Of a DNA stretch of 64,000 bases, positions 62,409-64,000 are shown in pieces. A model generated the notes under the pieces. That model saw nothing but the letters and a program-made list of their open reading frames with translations. It ran no database searches and had not been told where the DNA came from. The stretch's first letter is position 1, and every line of letters begins with the position of its first letter. The stretch comes from the human T2T-CHM13v2.0 reference genome, Homo sapiens. Position numbers and translations under genes: made by a program. Location of the stretch: assembly GCF_009914755.1 (NCBI RefSeq), contig NC_060925.1. One strand, given 5' to 3'.

Positions 62409-62944
62409 ACAGTGTTATTTCATACCACCGATGATACTTCAGAGACCCATCAACTCTGACTATACATTTCAACCAAAAGTTTTGTTCTCATTTATTTTAT
62501 GCCAAATTAGAAAATTATTTCCTACTTCTTATGTAGTTTGCAAGATCACAGAAGAATCTGAAAGTAACACAGTATTGTACTTTGAGTTAATTTCTATGTA
62601 TGGAGGTATCAGGTATACTGTTTTGACCCAGAATTCCCAAAATTCTTTTGAGAGATTAGAAAGGAAAATTAGTAGAATGGGTGAAGTCAGCAGGTCTGTG
62701 TTGACAGAGATTATTTTAATTTGAAAAAAACAGTCGGCTGGTATTATTAAGTGGAAAAAATGTGGATCCTTTCATTTTTTAAAGATAATTTTTCATTACA
62801 TTAAAAAATTCAAGTAAAATGCAAGGTGACCCTTAATAAGGTAGCTTTCTTACCTGTCATATTAGTAAGATTTACAAAGCTGCCAACACACCATTTTCAC
62901 AGTTATGGGAAACAGACATACTCATATATTGTTATGAGCGAATA

Positions 62945-63747
62945 CAGTCAGTTCTGCCATAGTTCAACATATATGTTCCTTGGCTGTGTTAGGCAAAATT
63001 GCACCATAAAAAACACAGAGCTTGTGAGAAAAATGAGATTAGGAGCACAACACTCAAAAACTTCATCAGTGACACAAAATTTAAGACCCTAATAAAAATT
63101 GTGGCACAGTTTTTAAAATACATGTTAAATGGCTAAGTACATGAATGGCTAAATAAAATAAACATGGTACTTTACCTTGAAAAAGACCTGAACTTTGCTT
63201 GTGGAAGTGGGCCCTAGAAGGGTTGCACCTTGTGAGTTAATAAGGTACCTTTCTTACCTATCATATTAATAAGATTTAAAAAGCTGCCAACACAGTGTTT
63301 TCATAGTTATGGGAAAACAGACATATTCATATACCATTATAAAGGAATAGTCAGTTGTCCTATAATAAAGAAGAGATAGTTCTTGTCCTCCAGGAACTCA
63401 AAGTCAGGCATATGCAACTCAAAATCTTCCATATTGGAAAGTGGTAGAGAAAGGTTATTCAAAATGGGTTGGAAACTTGTAACAATGAATGTGAATGGTT
63501 GTGGCTTGTGACACATGTGAGCTCATACCTCTGTAAGCTGAGGTGGATGTAGGAGGTACGTGTGATTTGTATATGCCTACCCTGCTCTGTTTAGCTAGGT
63601 ACAGTTTTCTACATTTATCTGCTTTCTTGAGGATAAAATCAAGCATAAACAAATACAAAATTTGTGTTATGTCCAAATTGTTCCCAATATGTCAATTGTG
63701 TTGTAACAAATTCAAATTTCAAAGTTAGTGTAATAGCAGAACTAATG
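62945..63747. mobile_element. TcMar-Tigger-like DNA transposon inserted in an old plus-strand L1ME fragment
   Basis: TA|CAGTCAGTTCTGCCAT left end, ATAGCAGAACTAATG inverted right end; L1ME-like sequence on both sides (62840-62944, 63750-64000). Confidence 0.55.
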
Positions 63748-64000
63748 AGTTGGTATAACTTTTATGGAGAATAATTTGGAAAAAATATACAAAATTTTAA
63801 ATGTACATGCCCTTTTAAAAATCTGCAAACTCTAGTTATCCTAAAGATAAATAACGACTTATGCAAAATGATGTATTTACAAGGATATTCATTGCAGCAG
63901 TTTTTTTTGTCATAAAAAAAGATCATAAGCATCCTAAATGTCTATTCATAGATGAGTGGTAAAATAAGTTCTGGTTCATGCATTCTGAGAATTACCGTGC

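Overview
This is AT-rich hominid (human or great ape) genomic DNA; the full-length SVA points to that clade. I cannot recognise any host protein-coding exon or RNA gene. The window is largely interspersed repeats: about 30 Alus, one full-length SVA with a 17-bp TSD, two complete MaLR proviruses (MST-type and THE1C-type), a truncated MER57-type ERV1 provirus joined to an orphan HERV-K(HML-3)-like env fragment, several L1 3' ends, solo LTRs and DNA-transposon relics. Most young L1, SVA and LTR elements lie on the minus strand, which suggests a long intron of a plus-strand gene (inference). The most notable features are a TACTAAC-branchpoint microexon candidate at 38.7 kb, the env/ERV1 patchwork next to a duplicated exon-like 41-mer at 26.4-32.2 kb, and many local direct or inverted templated duplications. 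Repeat subfamily names come from recalled consensus sequences and need Dfam/RepeatMasker confirmation. I cannot claim a new biological system from sequence alone.
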